Shown piece after piece: positions 1 through 10,476 of a DNA stretch of 64,000 nucleotides (positions are counted from its first letter, which is position 1; each line of letters begins with the position of its first letter). A program made the position numbers and the translations under genes. This DNA is from Nitrospiraceae bacterium (GTDB taxonomy: Bacteria > Nitrospirota > Thermodesulfovibrionia > UBA6902): NCBI GenBank assembly GCA_003599275.1, contig QZJG01000057.1, forward strand, positions 6,556-70,555, read 5' to 3'. The notes beneath the pieces were generated by a model. The model saw only the letters and a program-made list of their open reading frames with translations. It had not been told where the DNA came from and searched no databases.

Positions 1-1678
1 CATAAGAGAGCAGGGCAATAAGAAAAGAACAGCGGTCAATGAAATCACTTTTGGCATTAAGGTATTTTCAAACTGGGACTTTGCCAGGGCCGCGGGTCTC
101 GCCATTGAGTTAAAGGGATTGGAGAAGCGCCGCACTTCCTTTGTTGTCCGCAGGCTGGATGACAGCGGCAAACCCGATACCGCTTATCTGAAGACCGAAC
201 CCGTTGATCTTGCGAAGGCCGCGCCAATGCCGCCATCGCCGCTTGGGTTCAGGGCCGAAGCTGAAAAGAGCGGAATAGAACTCTACTGGCGACTTGCGCG
301 TAATCCTTTGCCGGTGTTCGCCTACGTAGTGGAGCGGGAGTATAAAGGAGAGCTTCGCACTCTTACAGATAGTCCCCTGGTCCTCGGCAGCAACTGGCCG
401 GAGAAGTCTCCGGCATTTGTCGATAAACAGCCTCCGCTGGAGAGCGACGTGGTCTATATTGTCCGGGCCGTGGATGCTCTGGGCCGTCGTTCCAATCCTG
501 TTGCGACGGGTATCTTTTCTCCTGATCTCTTCGCCCTGGACGCACCCATGGACGTGAAGGCAGATGCAGTGAAAACGAATACAGCGGAAGTATCCTGGAA
601 GGCAAACAGCAGTTCCAATACAGCCGGATATCTGGTAGAGCGTTCCTATCAGCTCTCCGGTCCCTTCGAGATTTTGACGCCGGAAGGGGTGACCCCCGGC
701 ACAACGAGTTATAAGGACAAAGGGCTCCGTCCGGGTACTACCTACTTTTACCGTGTGCGGGCCATTGGAGCAAGGGGTGATACAGGACCTCCAGGTCCTG
801 CAGTAATGGCCGTAGTCCGGGGTGAACCGGTACCCGCGCCGGAAAATCTCACAGCGGAAGCAGGGCAGACACGTGTTCGTCTGACCTGGGAAGCAGTGGC
901 TGCTGCGTCCGGCTACCACGTGGAACGGCGCACCGGGAATGAGCGCCCGTGGAGCCGCTTGACCGGTATGCCCGTGCCTGATATGCTTTATGACGACCAT
1001 ACAGGCTATAGCCCTGGCGGCCGTTTCGAGTATCGTGTGCTTGCAGCAGGCTATGATGGTCAGGATGGAAAGCCATCCCGGCCGGTTGAGGTAATGCTGC
1101 AGGACACTGTATCTCCTGCACCGCCTCGTTTTATCGAAGCCAGCGGGGAGGGAGGAAAGGTATGGCTTACGTTTGCCCCCGCTGCTCCTGAAGAAGACAC
1201 GAGTCAGGTACTGGTATTGCGGGCTGATCAGCCTGATCAGCAGGGGCTGGTAATCGGTGACCCCCTGTCCGGACGGGGAAGACAGTTTGAGGACAGATGG
1301 GTGGAGCCGGGACGTCGCTACTATTACCGTCTTGTTGCGGTGGATGCGAGCGGCAACCGCAGCGACCCCGGCGAAGCGGTGGGTGTACTGGTGGGGCATG
1401 AATCTCTGCCGAGACCTGATGCGCCCGAGGCTGTCTATGCGGGCAGTCCATTCCCGCACGTGCGCCTGAGTTTTGATGAACCGCCCAAAGGGCTCCGGGT
1501 ACTCGTAGAGGCACAGACCGGGACAGGGGCATGGCTCTACGTAGCGGGGCCGGTCACAGGCAGAGAGGCGATAGACCTCAATCCCGGCAAAGAGGCAAAA
1601 CGTTATCGCCTGCGTTACCAGGATGCAGGAGGCGCCGCAGGCCCGGCCTCTAAAGAGGCTGTTTTTTCCGGGCATTGA
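1..1678 (+). CDS. Fibronectin type III repeat protein; 5' end lies outside the window
   Basis: The reading frame is open from base 2 to the TGA at 1676-1678, with no stop upstream of the track's TTG at 119. It contains repeated ~90-aa modules ending in Fn3-like strands (VYIVRAVDALGRRS, YFYRVRAIGARGD, FEYRVLAAGYDGQDG, YYYRLVAVDASGNRS). Confidence 0.7.
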   Translation, partial: IREQGNKKRTAVNEITFGIKVFSNWDFARAAGLAIELKGLEKRRTSFVVRRLDDSGKPDTAYLKTEPVDLAKAAPMPPSPLGFRAEAEKSGIELYWRLARNPLPVFAYVVEREYKGELRTLTDSPLVLGSNWPEKSPAFVDKQPPLESDVVYIVRAVDALGRRSNPVATGIFSPDLFALDAPMDVKADAVKTNTAEVSWKANSSSNTAGYLVERSYQLSGPFEILTPEGVTPGTTSYKDKGLRPGTTYFYRVRAIGARGDTGPPGPAVMAVVRGEPVPAPENLTAEAGQTRVRLTWEAVAAASGYHVERRTGNERPWSRLTGMPVPDMLYDDHTGYSPGGRFEYRVLAAGYDGQDGKPSRPVEVMLQDTVSPAPPRFIEASGEGGKVWLTFAPAAPEEDTSQVLVLRADQPDQQGLVIGDPLSGRGRQFEDRWVEPGRRYYYRLVAVDASGNRSDPGEAVGVLVGHESLPRPDAPEAVYAGSPFPHVRLSFDEPPKGLRVLVEAQTGTGAWLYVAGPVTGREAIDLNPGKEAKRYRLRYQDAGGAAGPASKEAVFSGH

Positions 1679-1710
1679 ACTTATAATTTATTCCGGATCA
1701 GGGAGATAAA

Positions 1711-3723
1711 ATGAGAAATTATTTTTTGGCTGTTGTTCTTTGTCTTGCTGTAGCTGTTTCTGCTTTTGGCGGTGAGTTGTCTCAGAATGAGGTTATCCGT
1801 GTAGTCACACCACAAAATGCCTCTGAAGTGATCGGGAAAAAGCCTGAGATCAGGATCGAGTTCACTGTTCCTGTTGACCCGTCGAGTATTGTCTTGCTCC
1901 TCGACGGCACGGACCTGACCCAATTGGGGACAAAAGATGAGAAATCTTTTACCTGCACATCGTTTGGCATATTACCCTCAGGCCCTCACAGCCTGACTGT
2001 TATTGCGAAGGACCCGGACGGAAATTCTTATCAGGTAAATAGTTCGTTCACAAGCCGCCACACTGCTGCTTTCGAGGAAGCATACAGTAATAACGAAGCT
2101 GCGGCGATTTACGAATCGGCCCTTGCGAAACCGGAGCGGGCGGTCAGCACCCCCTACTCAAAATTCGAAGGGAACATCAATACTGATTCGAAACTCAAGA
2201 ACAGGGAATATGAGGCGGGATTCACGGCAAATCTGAGATATTTCGATCAGAGCCTTCCAGTGCTCTCTACGGTGCTCTCCTCCGGGATAGATACTTCCGT
2301 TCAGGACCTGTCCCTTCTCGAAAAGGGTTTCAGCCTCGCCAATTTTCTCTTCACCGGCAGGTATATTAAAGATCCTTTTATGATGACGGCTGAAATAGGC
2401 GATGTCCTGGTAAGCGAGACGCAAAACACCGTTTCCGGCCTTGCACGACGCGGAGGCAAGTTGATGTTCGAATACGAAGACGCAACATTGAACACCTTTC
2501 TCGTGAAGGGCGAGCGAGTTTTCGGGTTCAACGGAGGCCTCGGTATTAATGGGTCGGGCGATGACCATATATTCGGCGCTTCGGCCGGGTTGAAGCTGCC
2601 GGACAGGAAGATGGAGTTAAAAACAGTCTACGTCAGAGGCGGTGAACCGCCCTCTTCCGTTGGTACGGCAACTTCGGCAAACATCCCTGAATCCACCCCG
2701 GGCCTTGTTAAGGACGGCGCTCACACAAAAGGCGACGTAATCGGACTGCAGCTTGTTACGGACTTCTTCGAGAACCGCTTCAGGACCGAGATGGAATTTG
2801 ACTCGTCGAGGTTCGACTTTGACCTGGATGACGATGAGGGCAAGGAAAGCGATGTTTCCTATCGAGCAAAGGGAGGCGGCGCTCTCGGCCGGTACATTTA
2901 CGAGGCGGGATATGAGTTTTACGGCAGGGATTATGCAGTGATCGGAAACCAGGGAGCGATGAAGGACGCCGAGATATTCAGTTTTATGAACGGGCTGACA
3001 CTCGAAGGGCACAGCATGACGCTCGCACTTTCACGGACGAACGATAATGTGCGGAAAGAAAAAGCACTCCCCCGGATTGTGAAGCATGACGGGACGGTCA
3101 CATACAGTTTCATGAAAATCCCTCAACTGCCTGTCACTTTTATTTACCAAAAAAGCCTGCAGGACAGCACGCGTGAGCCGGATGGCATGAACGAGATCGA
3201 GATCGATACAGATACCGCGACAGGTTCGGTAAGCTATGTGGACGGAGGCTTCAGCACTTCATTCACGGCGGTATACTCCTTTTTGAATGACAGGACTTCA
3301 ACGGGCGCAGACACCAGGACGGTCACTTATGTGCTTGTCCCGTCATATGCTGCGCCTGTCTTCTCGATATTACCCATGGCGTCCTGGAACAGGACAAAGG
3401 ACACTCTCAGCGATATCAAAACGGATACCTATACCGGCGGACTGAATTTTTACAGCAAGTTCTTTGACGACCGGATGGCCTTTGACGCAGGTGGGACATA
3501 TACGGCAGTCCGGAACAGCGACGATACGGTGAAAACGAATGACTTCAACAGCACCGTGCGTGTCGGTTACAATATGAGGCATCTTGTGAATTGGCTTGTT
3601 GATCCGACGATCTCTCTGAAGGGCCAATATGTGCGGCATAAGGACGATGTTGACGATTCAAACGACTCGGATGAGTTCCTGCTCTTTCTGGTGCTCTCAA
3701 CTATAATGCCGGTTTCTTTATAG
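1711..3723 (+). CDS. Secreted beta-rich protein with an N-terminal Ig-like domain; possibly outer membrane; function unknown
   Basis: It has a signal peptide (MRNYFLAVVLCLAVAVSAFG). An Ig-like/SbsA-type segment follows (IRIEFTVPVDPSSIVLLLDG...HSLTVIAKDPDGN). The rest is a long region of alternating polar and hydrophobic residues. The gene starts 32 nt after the Fn3 gene. The C-terminus (MPVSL) is not a canonical OMP signature, so a barrel assignment is tentative. Confidence 0.6.
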   Translation: MRNYFLAVVLCLAVAVSAFGGELSQNEVIRVVTPQNASEVIGKKPEIRIEFTVPVDPSSIVLLLDGTDLTQLGTKDEKSFTCTSFGILPSGPHSLTVIAKDPDGNSYQVNSSFTSRHTAAFEEAYSNNEAAAIYESALAKPERAVSTPYSKFEGNINTDSKLKNREYEAGFTANLRYFDQSLPVLSTVLSSGIDTSVQDLSLLEKGFSLANFLFTGRYIKDPFMMTAEIGDVLVSETQNTVSGLARRGGKLMFEYEDATLNTFLVKGERVFGFNGGLGINGSGDDHIFGASAGLKLPDRKMELKTVYVRGGEPPSSVGTATSANIPESTPGLVKDGAHTKGDVIGLQLVTDFFENRFRTEMEFDSSRFDFDLDDDEGKESDVSYRAKGGGALGRYIYEAGYEFYGRDYAVIGNQGAMKDAEIFSFMNGLTLEGHSMTLALSRTNDNVRKEKALPRIVKHDGTVTYSFMKIPQLPVTFIYQKSLQDSTREPDGMNEIEIDTDTATGSVSYVDGGFSTSFTAVYSFLNDRTSTGADTRTVTYVLVPSYAAPVFSILPMASWNRTKDTLSDIKTDTYTGGLNFYSKFFDDRMAFDAGGTYTAVRNSDDTVKTNDFNSTVRVGYNMRHLVNWLVDPTISLKGQYVRHKDDVDDSNDSDEFLLFLVLSTIMPVSL

Positions 3724-3727
3724 GAGG

Positions 3728-4798
3728 ATGAAAATGAAAAAGATATACGCACTCATACTGACACTCATATTGTTCAGCACAGGATATTCGGAGGCCGCGG
3801 TGGGCACGGTTTCCCCTCCATCGATTTCAGTAACGAAGGGCGTCCCGTCAACAGCGACTCTGGTCTACCGGCTGAGCGACGTTGCAGCTACCAATTGCGA
3901 ATACAGGTCGAGCAAGGGCAGCTTCATCGGGGGAACGAGTCCGCTGCTCGAAGAAAATCCGGTTGCGCTCACGGTTGTCATCCCTTCCACGATCAACAGC
4001 GGCTCGGCAACCGAAACGCTCAGGGTCTCTGCAGGCCTTATCGAGAAGGCACTGCGCCGGGATATCCGCACGTTTACGTACACGCGTGTATTTGAGTCTG
4101 TTACTTGTGATGATATTGCAGTAACGATGAATGTGACGATCACGGTCAAGGGTGAGGCATCCGCGGAATTCGGAATAACCCGCATGGAGCTCTACTTCGA
4201 AAACCGGAGGCCCGAAATCACAATCGGGAGAAACACGCCGGACCTGAAGGCCTTTGCCGACGTCCGTTTTGCAGGTTCGGGTCTTCTGGAGGGATACTGG
4301 GAGGTTGATGGAAGGCTCATCAGCCGTGAGTTCCGCCATCTCATATACGGACGGAGCGTTACGCTCCAGTCGCCGCAGGTCCCCGGCCTGCCGACTTTTG
4401 ATGAAGGCTCTCATGTCGTTCGTTTTGTGATTACCAAACCTGTTTCGGACATTGCCACGCCTTTCATCGTCTATTTCGTCACACCGAAGGAGATGAAGGT
4501 CCGGCAGGCCCCGCTTCTGCTTCTCGTTCCTGTCGAAGGGGGAAGCGCCAAAGCGGAGACGAAATTCTCCTGGGAGAAGCCTGAGGGAGCAAACATTTTC
4601 CTCATTTCCTTTTATGAGGACCGCGGGGGAACGCCTATCTTCTCGGCATATACGCGGGAGCCGTTCTATTCGCTTCCCGGACCTGTGGCAAGCAGGGTCT
4701 TTACGGCTGAAAGGCAGTATTTCTGGAAGGTGGTCGGATTCGATGCAGAGAATCAGGAGACGAGCGAGAGCGACAAGAGGGCTTTCATTATTAATTGA
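3728..4798 (+). CDS. Secreted hypothetical protein, third gene of the Fn3 cluster
   Basis: It has a signal peptide (KKIYALILTLILFSTGYSEA). The gene starts 4 nt after the previous stop and ends 3 nt before uvrB. I recognise no motifs. Confidence 0.6.
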   Translation: MKMKKIYALILTLILFSTGYSEAAVGTVSPPSISVTKGVPSTATLVYRLSDVAATNCEYRSSKGSFIGGTSPLLEENPVALTVVIPSTINSGSATETLRVSAGLIEKALRRDIRTFTYTRVFESVTCDDIAVTMNVTITVKGEASAEFGITRMELYFENRRPEITIGRNTPDLKAFADVRFAGSGLLEGYWEVDGRLISREFRHLIYGRSVTLQSPQVPGLPTFDEGSHVVRFVITKPVSDIATPFIVYFVTPKEMKVRQAPLLLLVPVEGGSAKAETKFSWEKPEGANIFLISFYEDRGGTPIFSAYTREPFYSLPGPVASRVFTAERQYFWKVVGFDAENQETSESDKRAFIIN

Positions 4799-4801
4799 AC
4801 A

Positions 4802-6811
4802 ATGAAAAGGGACAATAAGGCCACGGGCGCATTCAAATTGATCTCCGGCTTCAGGCCAACCGGCGATCAGCCGAAGGCCATTGAACGGCTTACGGAAGGT
4901 GTTCTAAATAAAACGGGGCATCAGGTCCTCTTGGGCGTTACCGGCTCCGGCAAGACCTTTACCATTGCCAATGTCATAGCGAATATAAATAAACCGGCGC
5001 TTGTCATTGCGCACAACAAGACCCTTGCGGCACAATTATACGGCGAATTCAAGTCCTTCTTCCCTGAGAACGCGGTGGAATATTTTGTGAGTTTCTACGA
5101 CTACTATCAGCCTGAAGCGTACCTCCCGTCCACCGACACGTATATTGAAAAAGACTCCATGATAAACGAAGACATTGACAGGCTGAGGCACGCGGCGACA
5201 CGCTCTGTGCTTGAAAGAAACGATACCGTTATCGTGGCCTCGGTCTCGTGCATCTACGGCATCGGATCGCCTGAGGATTATTCAGACATGCATCTGAGTA
5301 TAGAGAAAGGGATGCGGACGGAGAGGGACGCATTCCTGAGAAAGCTTGTTGATATGCTTTATGAGCGCACGGAAGACTTCAAAAGGGGCACGTTCAGGGT
5401 GAGGGGCGATATCGTGGAGATATTCCCTTCTTTTTCAGGCGACAACGCGATAAGGGTTGAATTCTTCGGAGATGACATAGACGGGCTGTATGAGTTTGAT
5501 TCTCTCTCCGGCAAGGTAATCAGGCGTATTGAAAAAATCGATCTTTATCCCAACAGCCACTGGATCACGCCGAGGCCGAGGATCGAAAGGGCGCTCTCTA
5601 CTATTAATGAAGAGCTCGGAGAGAGGTTGAATTTTTTCCTGAGGCAGGGCAGGGAGCTTGAGGCAAAGAGACTTGAGCAGAGGACGCGCTTCGATATGGA
5701 GATGCTCAAAGAATTCGGATACTGCCACGGTATAGAAAACTACTCGAGGCATTTAAACGGCAGGATGCCGGGAGAGCCGCCGTACTGCCTCATAGATTAT
5801 TTCCCGGAGGATTTTCTCGTTATCATCGACGAGTCCCACGCAACGGTCCCGCAGATAGGGGGCATGTACGAGGGAGACCGGTCGAGAAAACAGACGCTCA
5901 TTGACTTCGGCTTCAGGCTTCCGTCCGCGCTCGATAACCGCCCGCTCAGGTTTAATGAGTTTGAGCACAGGGTGCGGGAGGCGATTTATGTCTCCGCGAC
6001 ACCCTCGGAATATGAGCTTAACAAATCCGGCCGCCGCATTGTGGAGCAGATTGTCCGGCCCACGGGGCTGATGGACCCGGTTATTGAAGTGCGGCCTGTT
6101 GCCGGGCAGCTTGATGATCTCCTCGGAGAGATCAGGAAGAGGGCAGAAGGCGGGGAAAGGGTGCTGGTTACGACCCTTACAAAAAAAATGGCGGAGGATA
6201 TCACGGAGTACTATACGGAATTGGGGACCAGGGCACGGTATCTGCACTCCGATATCGATACCCTTGAGAGGATCGAGATCCTGCGCGACCTGAGACTCGG
6301 CAAATTCGACGCGCTCATCGGAGTGAACCTGTTGAGGGAAGGGCTGGACCTTCCGGAGGTGTCGCTTGTTGCGATATTCGATGCCGACAAAGAGGGCTTC
6401 CTGCGATCGGGCCGCTCCCTTATCCAGACCTCGGGAAGGGCCGCGAGGAATGTGAACGGCATTGTCATATTCTATGCCGACAAAATAACCGGCTCGATGA
6501 AGACCGCCATCGATGAGACAACCAGGAGACGGAAGATCCAGGAAGCTTACAATAAAAAGCACAAGATAACCCCGACATCGATCAAAAAGGAGATAACGAA
6601 TATCCTCAGCTCCATTTATGAAGCGGACTACTGGACGGTGCAGGCGGTGGCTGAGGAAAAGGTCGAATACGGCGACGAGTCCGTAATCATAAAACTCGAA
6701 GAGGAAATGAAAGAAGCCGCCAAGCGACTCGATTTTGAAAAGGCCGCGGAGATAAGAGACCGCATCAGGGCGATAAAGAATAAACAGATCGAGGTAGGGA
6801 TCAAGGTGTAG
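4802..6811 (+). CDS. uvrB: Excinuclease ABC subunit B
   Basis: Walker [10 protein letters not shown] is present, along with the YDYYQPEAY beta-hairpin region and helicase motifs. The C-terminal UVR domain is present ([24 protein letters not shown]). Confidence 0.97.
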   Translation: MKRDNKATGAFKLISGFRPTGDQPKAIERLTEGVLNKTGHQVLLGVTGSGKTFTIANVIANINKPALVIAHNKTLAAQLYGEFKSFFPENAVEYFVSFYDYYQPEAYLPSTDTYIEKDSMINEDIDRLRHAATRSVLERNDTVIVASVSCIYGIGSPEDYSDMHLSIEKGMRTERDAFLRKLVDMLYERTEDFKRGTFRVRGDIVEIFPSFSGDNAIRVEFFGDDIDGLYEFDSLSGKVIRRIEKIDLYPNSHWITPRPRIERALSTINEELGERLNFFLRQGRELEAKRLEQRTRFDMEMLKEFGYCHGIENYSRHLNGRMPGEPPYCLIDYFPEDFLVIIDESHATVPQIGGMYEGDRSRKQTLIDFGFRLPSALDNRPLRFNEFEHRVREAIYVSATPSEYELNKSGRRIVEQIVRPTGLMDPVIEVRPVAGQLDDLLGEIRKRAEGGERVLVTTLTKKMAEDITEYYTELGTRARYLHSDIDTLERIEILRDLRLGKFDALIGVNLLREGLDLPEVSLVAIFDADKEGFLRSGRSLIQTSGRAARNVNGIVIFYADKITGSMKTAIDETTRRRKIQEAYNKKHKITPTSIKKEITNILSSIYEADYWTVQAVAEEKVEYGDESVIIKLEEEMKEAAKRLDFEKAAEIRDRIRAIKNKQIEVGIKV

Positions 6812-6902
6812 AAGACTGCACAAATCAATGCCCCGGCTATATCTCTTCTCAGCATTCTTGCTCCGGTTTTATGATATGCGGGTTAATGCTTCACAAGGAG
6901 AT

Positions 6903-8297
6903 TCAACTATCCCCGGGAAGTTTTTGTAGGAGCCTCTTTCTGTCAGCACGAACCCCTTTTGTATTTATAAGCACATATGTTGTGCCGTTGTCCACAGCCA
7001 ATTGCACCCTGTACCAGGAACCAAAACTTATAACAAAGAGCCCTATAACAATGAACCCGCACGCAAAACTTATAAATACGAACCCAGGGTCTTTTTTGAA
7101 CCCGAACAAACACGTCCGGTTGTATTCCAGGAGCCTGACAGGGGCCCCTTTAAACAGGACTGCCTCGCCAAGGCGGATATCCCCGATCTTTTCTTTCTTT
7201 TGAGGCAGGGCCGGAGGGATATAATACAATGACATCGGAGGCAACAAACCTTTATTGTTTTCAATTATCGTGTTATCTTTTCTAAAAACTATCTCAGGGT
7301 GTTTAGGGTAGTCGACAACAAATTTTCCTTCAAAGTTCTTCACCTGAAACAATTCGCCTGATTTAATATTGACAGTTTCGTCAGCTACATTGAACTTTAA
7401 AGAAGCGGAGGGTTCTATTAAATAGACACTTATGTCATCTATTTCGAGAGGCTCATTGGGTTGCATTACTACATCCAGTATATCGTCATTTTTATTGTTC
7501 GTAATTTCAAGTCTCGCAAGCCACCTTTTCTGGACATAAGAAAAATTATCCTTCAGATATTCTATTTTTTGCAGCCCTGTGCCAAGAAGGAATCTTTTGA
7601 TCTTGTCATCCGGGAACTTGATTAACGGCACCTTATAAGTTTCCTTGGTGATCTCCTTGAGTTTTATCGTGTACCTGGCGTCTTCTTTACCGGCATGATT
7701 GAACCCTATTTTCCCCAGGAAATCCTCGAATTTTGTTTTTTTGGTTTCGAAGCTTACAATCTCCGGTTTTCCTTCGTAAAGGAAAGGGAAAACTTCTTTC
7801 GTAAATAACCCGGCTGCCAAAAACCCAAGGATAGCCAGGATGACCCCTATATGGTAAAACCATGAGACCCAAGATAAGGAAACACCTTTCTCATATGTTT
7901 TTATAATTGAATTGTCTTTTTGTTTATTAGGGGTGAACCCTTCTTCTTTGAGCAGCTGATCGACTTTATCGCTTTTAAGGGCAATGACCCCCTGATAATT
8001 CCTGAATTCTTCAAAAGAAATTTCTCCTTTCTTTCTGAATGCCTTATACCGGTTAAAGCTGCATACGGTCAGGCTCACAATCAGGAGAATGATAACAACA
8101 ATAAAAAGAAAAAAAACAACGGAATCAAAAATATTGAAAACCGGCATCACGCTGTCGCTTCCTGAAAACAGCCTTTTAACCGTGTTTTCCTTATTGTTGT
8201 GTTCCTGAAAGAAAATCGTGCCCAGTACCAATATTATTACCAGGGAAAAAAGAAGAAAAACGGCTGTCTTTACTGATGAGAACAATTTATTTATCAT
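6903..8297 (-). CDS. ccsB: Cytochrome c biogenesis protein, system II, ResB/Ccs1 family
   Basis: The N-terminus has TM helices, followed by a large soluble loop and a C-terminal KKDPGFVFISFACGFIVIGL segment typical of ResB. It lies immediately downstream of ccsA. Confidence 0.8.
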   Translation of the reverse strand: MINKLFSSVKTAVFLLFSLVIILVLGTIFFQEHNNKENTVKRLFSGSDSVMPVFNIFDSVVFFLFIVVIILLIVSLTVCSFNRYKAFRKKGEISFEEFRNYQGVIALKSDKVDQLLKEEGFTPNKQKDNSIIKTYEKGVSLSWVSWFYHIGVILAILGFLAAGLFTKEVFPFLYEGKPEIVSFETKKTKFEDFLGKIGFNHAGKEDARYTIKLKEITKETYKVPLIKFPDDKIKRFLLGTGLQKIEYLKDNFSYVQKRWLARLEITNNKNDDILDVVMQPNEPLEIDDISVYLIEPSASLKFNVADETVNIKSGELFQVKNFEGKFVVDYPKHPEIVFRKDNTIIENNKGLLPPMSLYYIPPALPQKKEKIGDIRLGEAVLFKGAPVRLLEYNRTCLFGFKKDPGFVFISFACGFIVIGLFVISFGSWYRVQLAVDNGTTYVLINTKGVRADRKRLLQKLPGDS

Positions 8298-8336
8298 AAT
8301 TTTTCTTTACGGAGAACTTAATAGCTCCCCGCCCTC

Positions 8337-9203
8337 CTATAGTGATAGATGACATTTTTTAATAGTGCCCAATAAAACGACCAGCCATTCAGCTCCCAAA
8401 AAGGCCATGAGCATCGAGCTGAACCCTAAAAAATTAAACGCCGAGGCCGGCCTTTCCTTCCATTTTCCAATGGAACGGGCGTGTAAATAAATTGCATAGG
8501 TTATCCACATTATCAATGTCCATATCAGCTTAGGTTCCCAAATCCAGTATAGTCCCCATAACTCATGTGCCCACAACATTCCCACATAAATAGAGAACGT
8601 CAGGGAACTAAAACCGATTACTATAAGCCTGTGCCGCAACTCATAAAACTGTTTGTCAGCGGTGACGAGAACTTTGCTTAGATGCTTACTGCCGGATGCA
8701 ATATAACAAAGTTCTATTGCAAAACTGACGGTAAACAGGGCGTACGACAGAAAGGCTGTGCAGGTATGAAGTTCGAACCATTTGCTTTGGAATTTCAAAA
8801 AGGCAGTAAACGCAATCGGATTACGGTCCAGTAAATTATACAAAGAAAAGAGAAAGGCAATTCCGGATATTGCGACCCCGGGCAGATGTACTTTGTCCCA
8901 CTTTTTTTGAATATAGAGGCAGATAAAAACGGTCAACAGCACATATAATGAGATGGCTTCATAAATTGTCTGAAGCGGCAGTCTCCGGACCTCGTACGCC
9001 CTGAAAATTACGAGGAAGACATGCATCACGGCGGTAATCTTCAAACCGAGAGTTAACGCCTTGCCGGTCCTCTCTTTTAAAGACAAAATATATGCGATGC
9101 CTGCAAAAAAACACGCCCCGTAAAACAATGCAACTGTCCAGTAAAGCCTGATATCAACTCCCAGCAAAAACACATCTCTTGAAAACATCTCTTCCGTTGT
9201 CAT
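8337..9203 (-). CDS. ccsA: Cytochrome c assembly protein CcsA/ResC (haem exporter/lyase)
   Basis: It is a polytopic membrane protein with the Trp-rich WAHELWGLYWIWEPKLIWTLIMW...YLHAR motif (WGxxWxW[DE]xK type). The AGGAGGAATA Shine-Dalgarno sequence sits upstream. Confidence 0.85.
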   Translation of the reverse strand: MTTEEMFSRDVFLLGVDIRLYWTVALFYGACFFAGIAYILSLKERTGKALTLGLKITAVMHVFLVIFRAYEVRRLPLQTIYEAISLYVLLTVFICLYIQKKWDKVHLPGVAISGIAFLFSLYNLLDRNPIAFTAFLKFQSKWFELHTCTAFLSYALFTVSFAIELCYIASGSKHLSKVLVTADKQFYELRHRLIVIGFSSLTFSIYVGMLWAHELWGLYWIWEPKLIWTLIMWITYAIYLHARSIGKWKERPASAFNFLGFSSMLMAFLGAEWLVVLLGTIKKCHLSL

Positions 9204-9276
9204 TATTCCTCCTGTCCTGTCCGGTTTGCGGACGAAGTATCACTTGAAATTAAAACTAAACAGACATTATTCTTTC

Positions 9277-10338
9277 TCATAAAAAGTAATGCCATGTCAT
9301 AGGATTGAAAATGAGGTTGCATATCATGGAACACTCAAATGTACATGAACAGCTTCTCGCTATTTCTCGGCGAAAATGATCTGCGGCTTTGCTGTTGCAA
9401 ATATCAATCAGCCGTTCCGTGTTCCCGACAAATCCGATTGTCGACTTCCCTGTCACTTTTGCCATTTCACACCCGATGACCGGACCGTCGGGAAGTATCT
9501 CAACCAGCCGCCCCCCGGCATGGCAGGATGATGACTGCCGGCCACCTTTAATGCTGTTCAATATGCTGTTGTAAAGGGCATGAAACATCCTGCCTTCGGG
9601 AGAATTCCTGATTTGCTGCCTGCCCGCTATTTTCCCGTATGCATCAATAAGGGAAGCATATGAAATGCTATGTCCGTTATCGATGTCACGAGGGAAGATT
9701 ATCTCGTGAAAATCTACCGGCAGGGCTTCAGAGTCGTTAAAGAACGACATCAGTATCCCGGCATTCTCCGGCACAAGCAGGGACTGGATTCTTACTTTTA
9801 GATTGGAAAAATTCTTTTTGAGAAGGCTTAATCCGGTAATTGTATCAAAGGCCGCAGATGCGGCGCCTCTTTTATTCCTTAGCATGTCATGTATTTCCGG
9901 AGGACCGTCAAGTGATATTGCAATGGTCAAATGAATGCCGGGTAATGCGGTCAAAATATTTTCTGCCGTTTCGCAAATTCGTCCGGTGAAATAACCGTTT
10001 GTATTTATGCTTACATCTGGGACGCCCGAAGATTGGACCATAGCCAATATCAGTTCATCAATATCCTGCCGCATGAAAGGTTCGCCGCCGGTAATCGTCA
10101 GATGAATTAATGCCCCGGTATTTCTTACAGCATCTGCCCATTTATATGGGGCCATTTCTTCGGATTCTTTAATTGATCGGGCGATATTACAACAATAAGT
10201 ACAGTCCATATTGCAACGCCCGGTAACAAAAGCTATCAAATAGTTCGGCATCTGATTAAAAAGCATGGCCCGCCCTAATCGGGCGCAGACCGCATGTTTT
10301 CGTGATATGAATTGTCCGGTTTTTTGAAGTGTCAGCAT
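9277..10338 (-). CDS. Radical SAM protein with a Cys-rich C-terminal (SPASM/twitch-like) region
   Basis: The CNMDCTYCC (CxxxCxxC) cluster and the GGEPF SAM motif are present. The C-terminus carries CHAGG...GCE...CSCTFECSMIC cysteines. It is the first gene of an apparent rSAM-ccsA-ccsB operon. Confidence 0.8.
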   Translation of the reverse strand: MLTLQKTGQFISRKHAVCARLGRAMLFNQMPNYLIAFVTGRCNMDCTYCCNIARSIKESEEMAPYKWADAVRNTGALIHLTITGGEPFMRQDIDELILAMVQSSGVPDVSINTNGYFTGRICETAENILTALPGIHLTIAISLDGPPEIHDMLRNKRGAASAAFDTITGLSLLKKNFSNLKVRIQSLLVPENAGILMSFFNDSEALPVDFHEIIFPRDIDNGHSISYASLIDAYGKIAGRQQIRNSPEGRMFHALYNSILNSIKGGRQSSSCHAGGRLVEILPDGPVIGCEMAKVTGKSTIGFVGNTERLIDICNSKAADHFRREIARSCSCTFECSMICNLIFNPMTWHYFL

Positions 10339-10476
10339 ATAGCTATGGATGCAACAGAAAATGTCTCCCTTACAGATAAAAGGGACAGCAAACTTTACGC
10401 CAGGCGAGAGTGAATTTATTTTTATACTTAAAGATCAACAGGTTGGTTGCTTTATTAAGACTATGGGGGCTCCCCC

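Noticed and set aside
110-1675. A 521-aa ORF on the minus strand, opposite the Fn3 gene.
   Set aside because: It is a mirror-frame ORF across a GC-rich gene. Its composition is Arg/Cys/Pro-rich nonsense with no motifs, whereas the plus-strand frame has clear repeated Fn3 modules.
5753-6823. A 356-aa ORF antisense to uvrB. Similar long antisense ORFs lie opposite tyrS (39716..40330), the rSAM gene (61506..62189), the porin gene and others.
   Set aside because: These are shadow ORFs opposite unmistakable conserved genes. I recognise no motifs in them, and they have no ribosome-binding sites.
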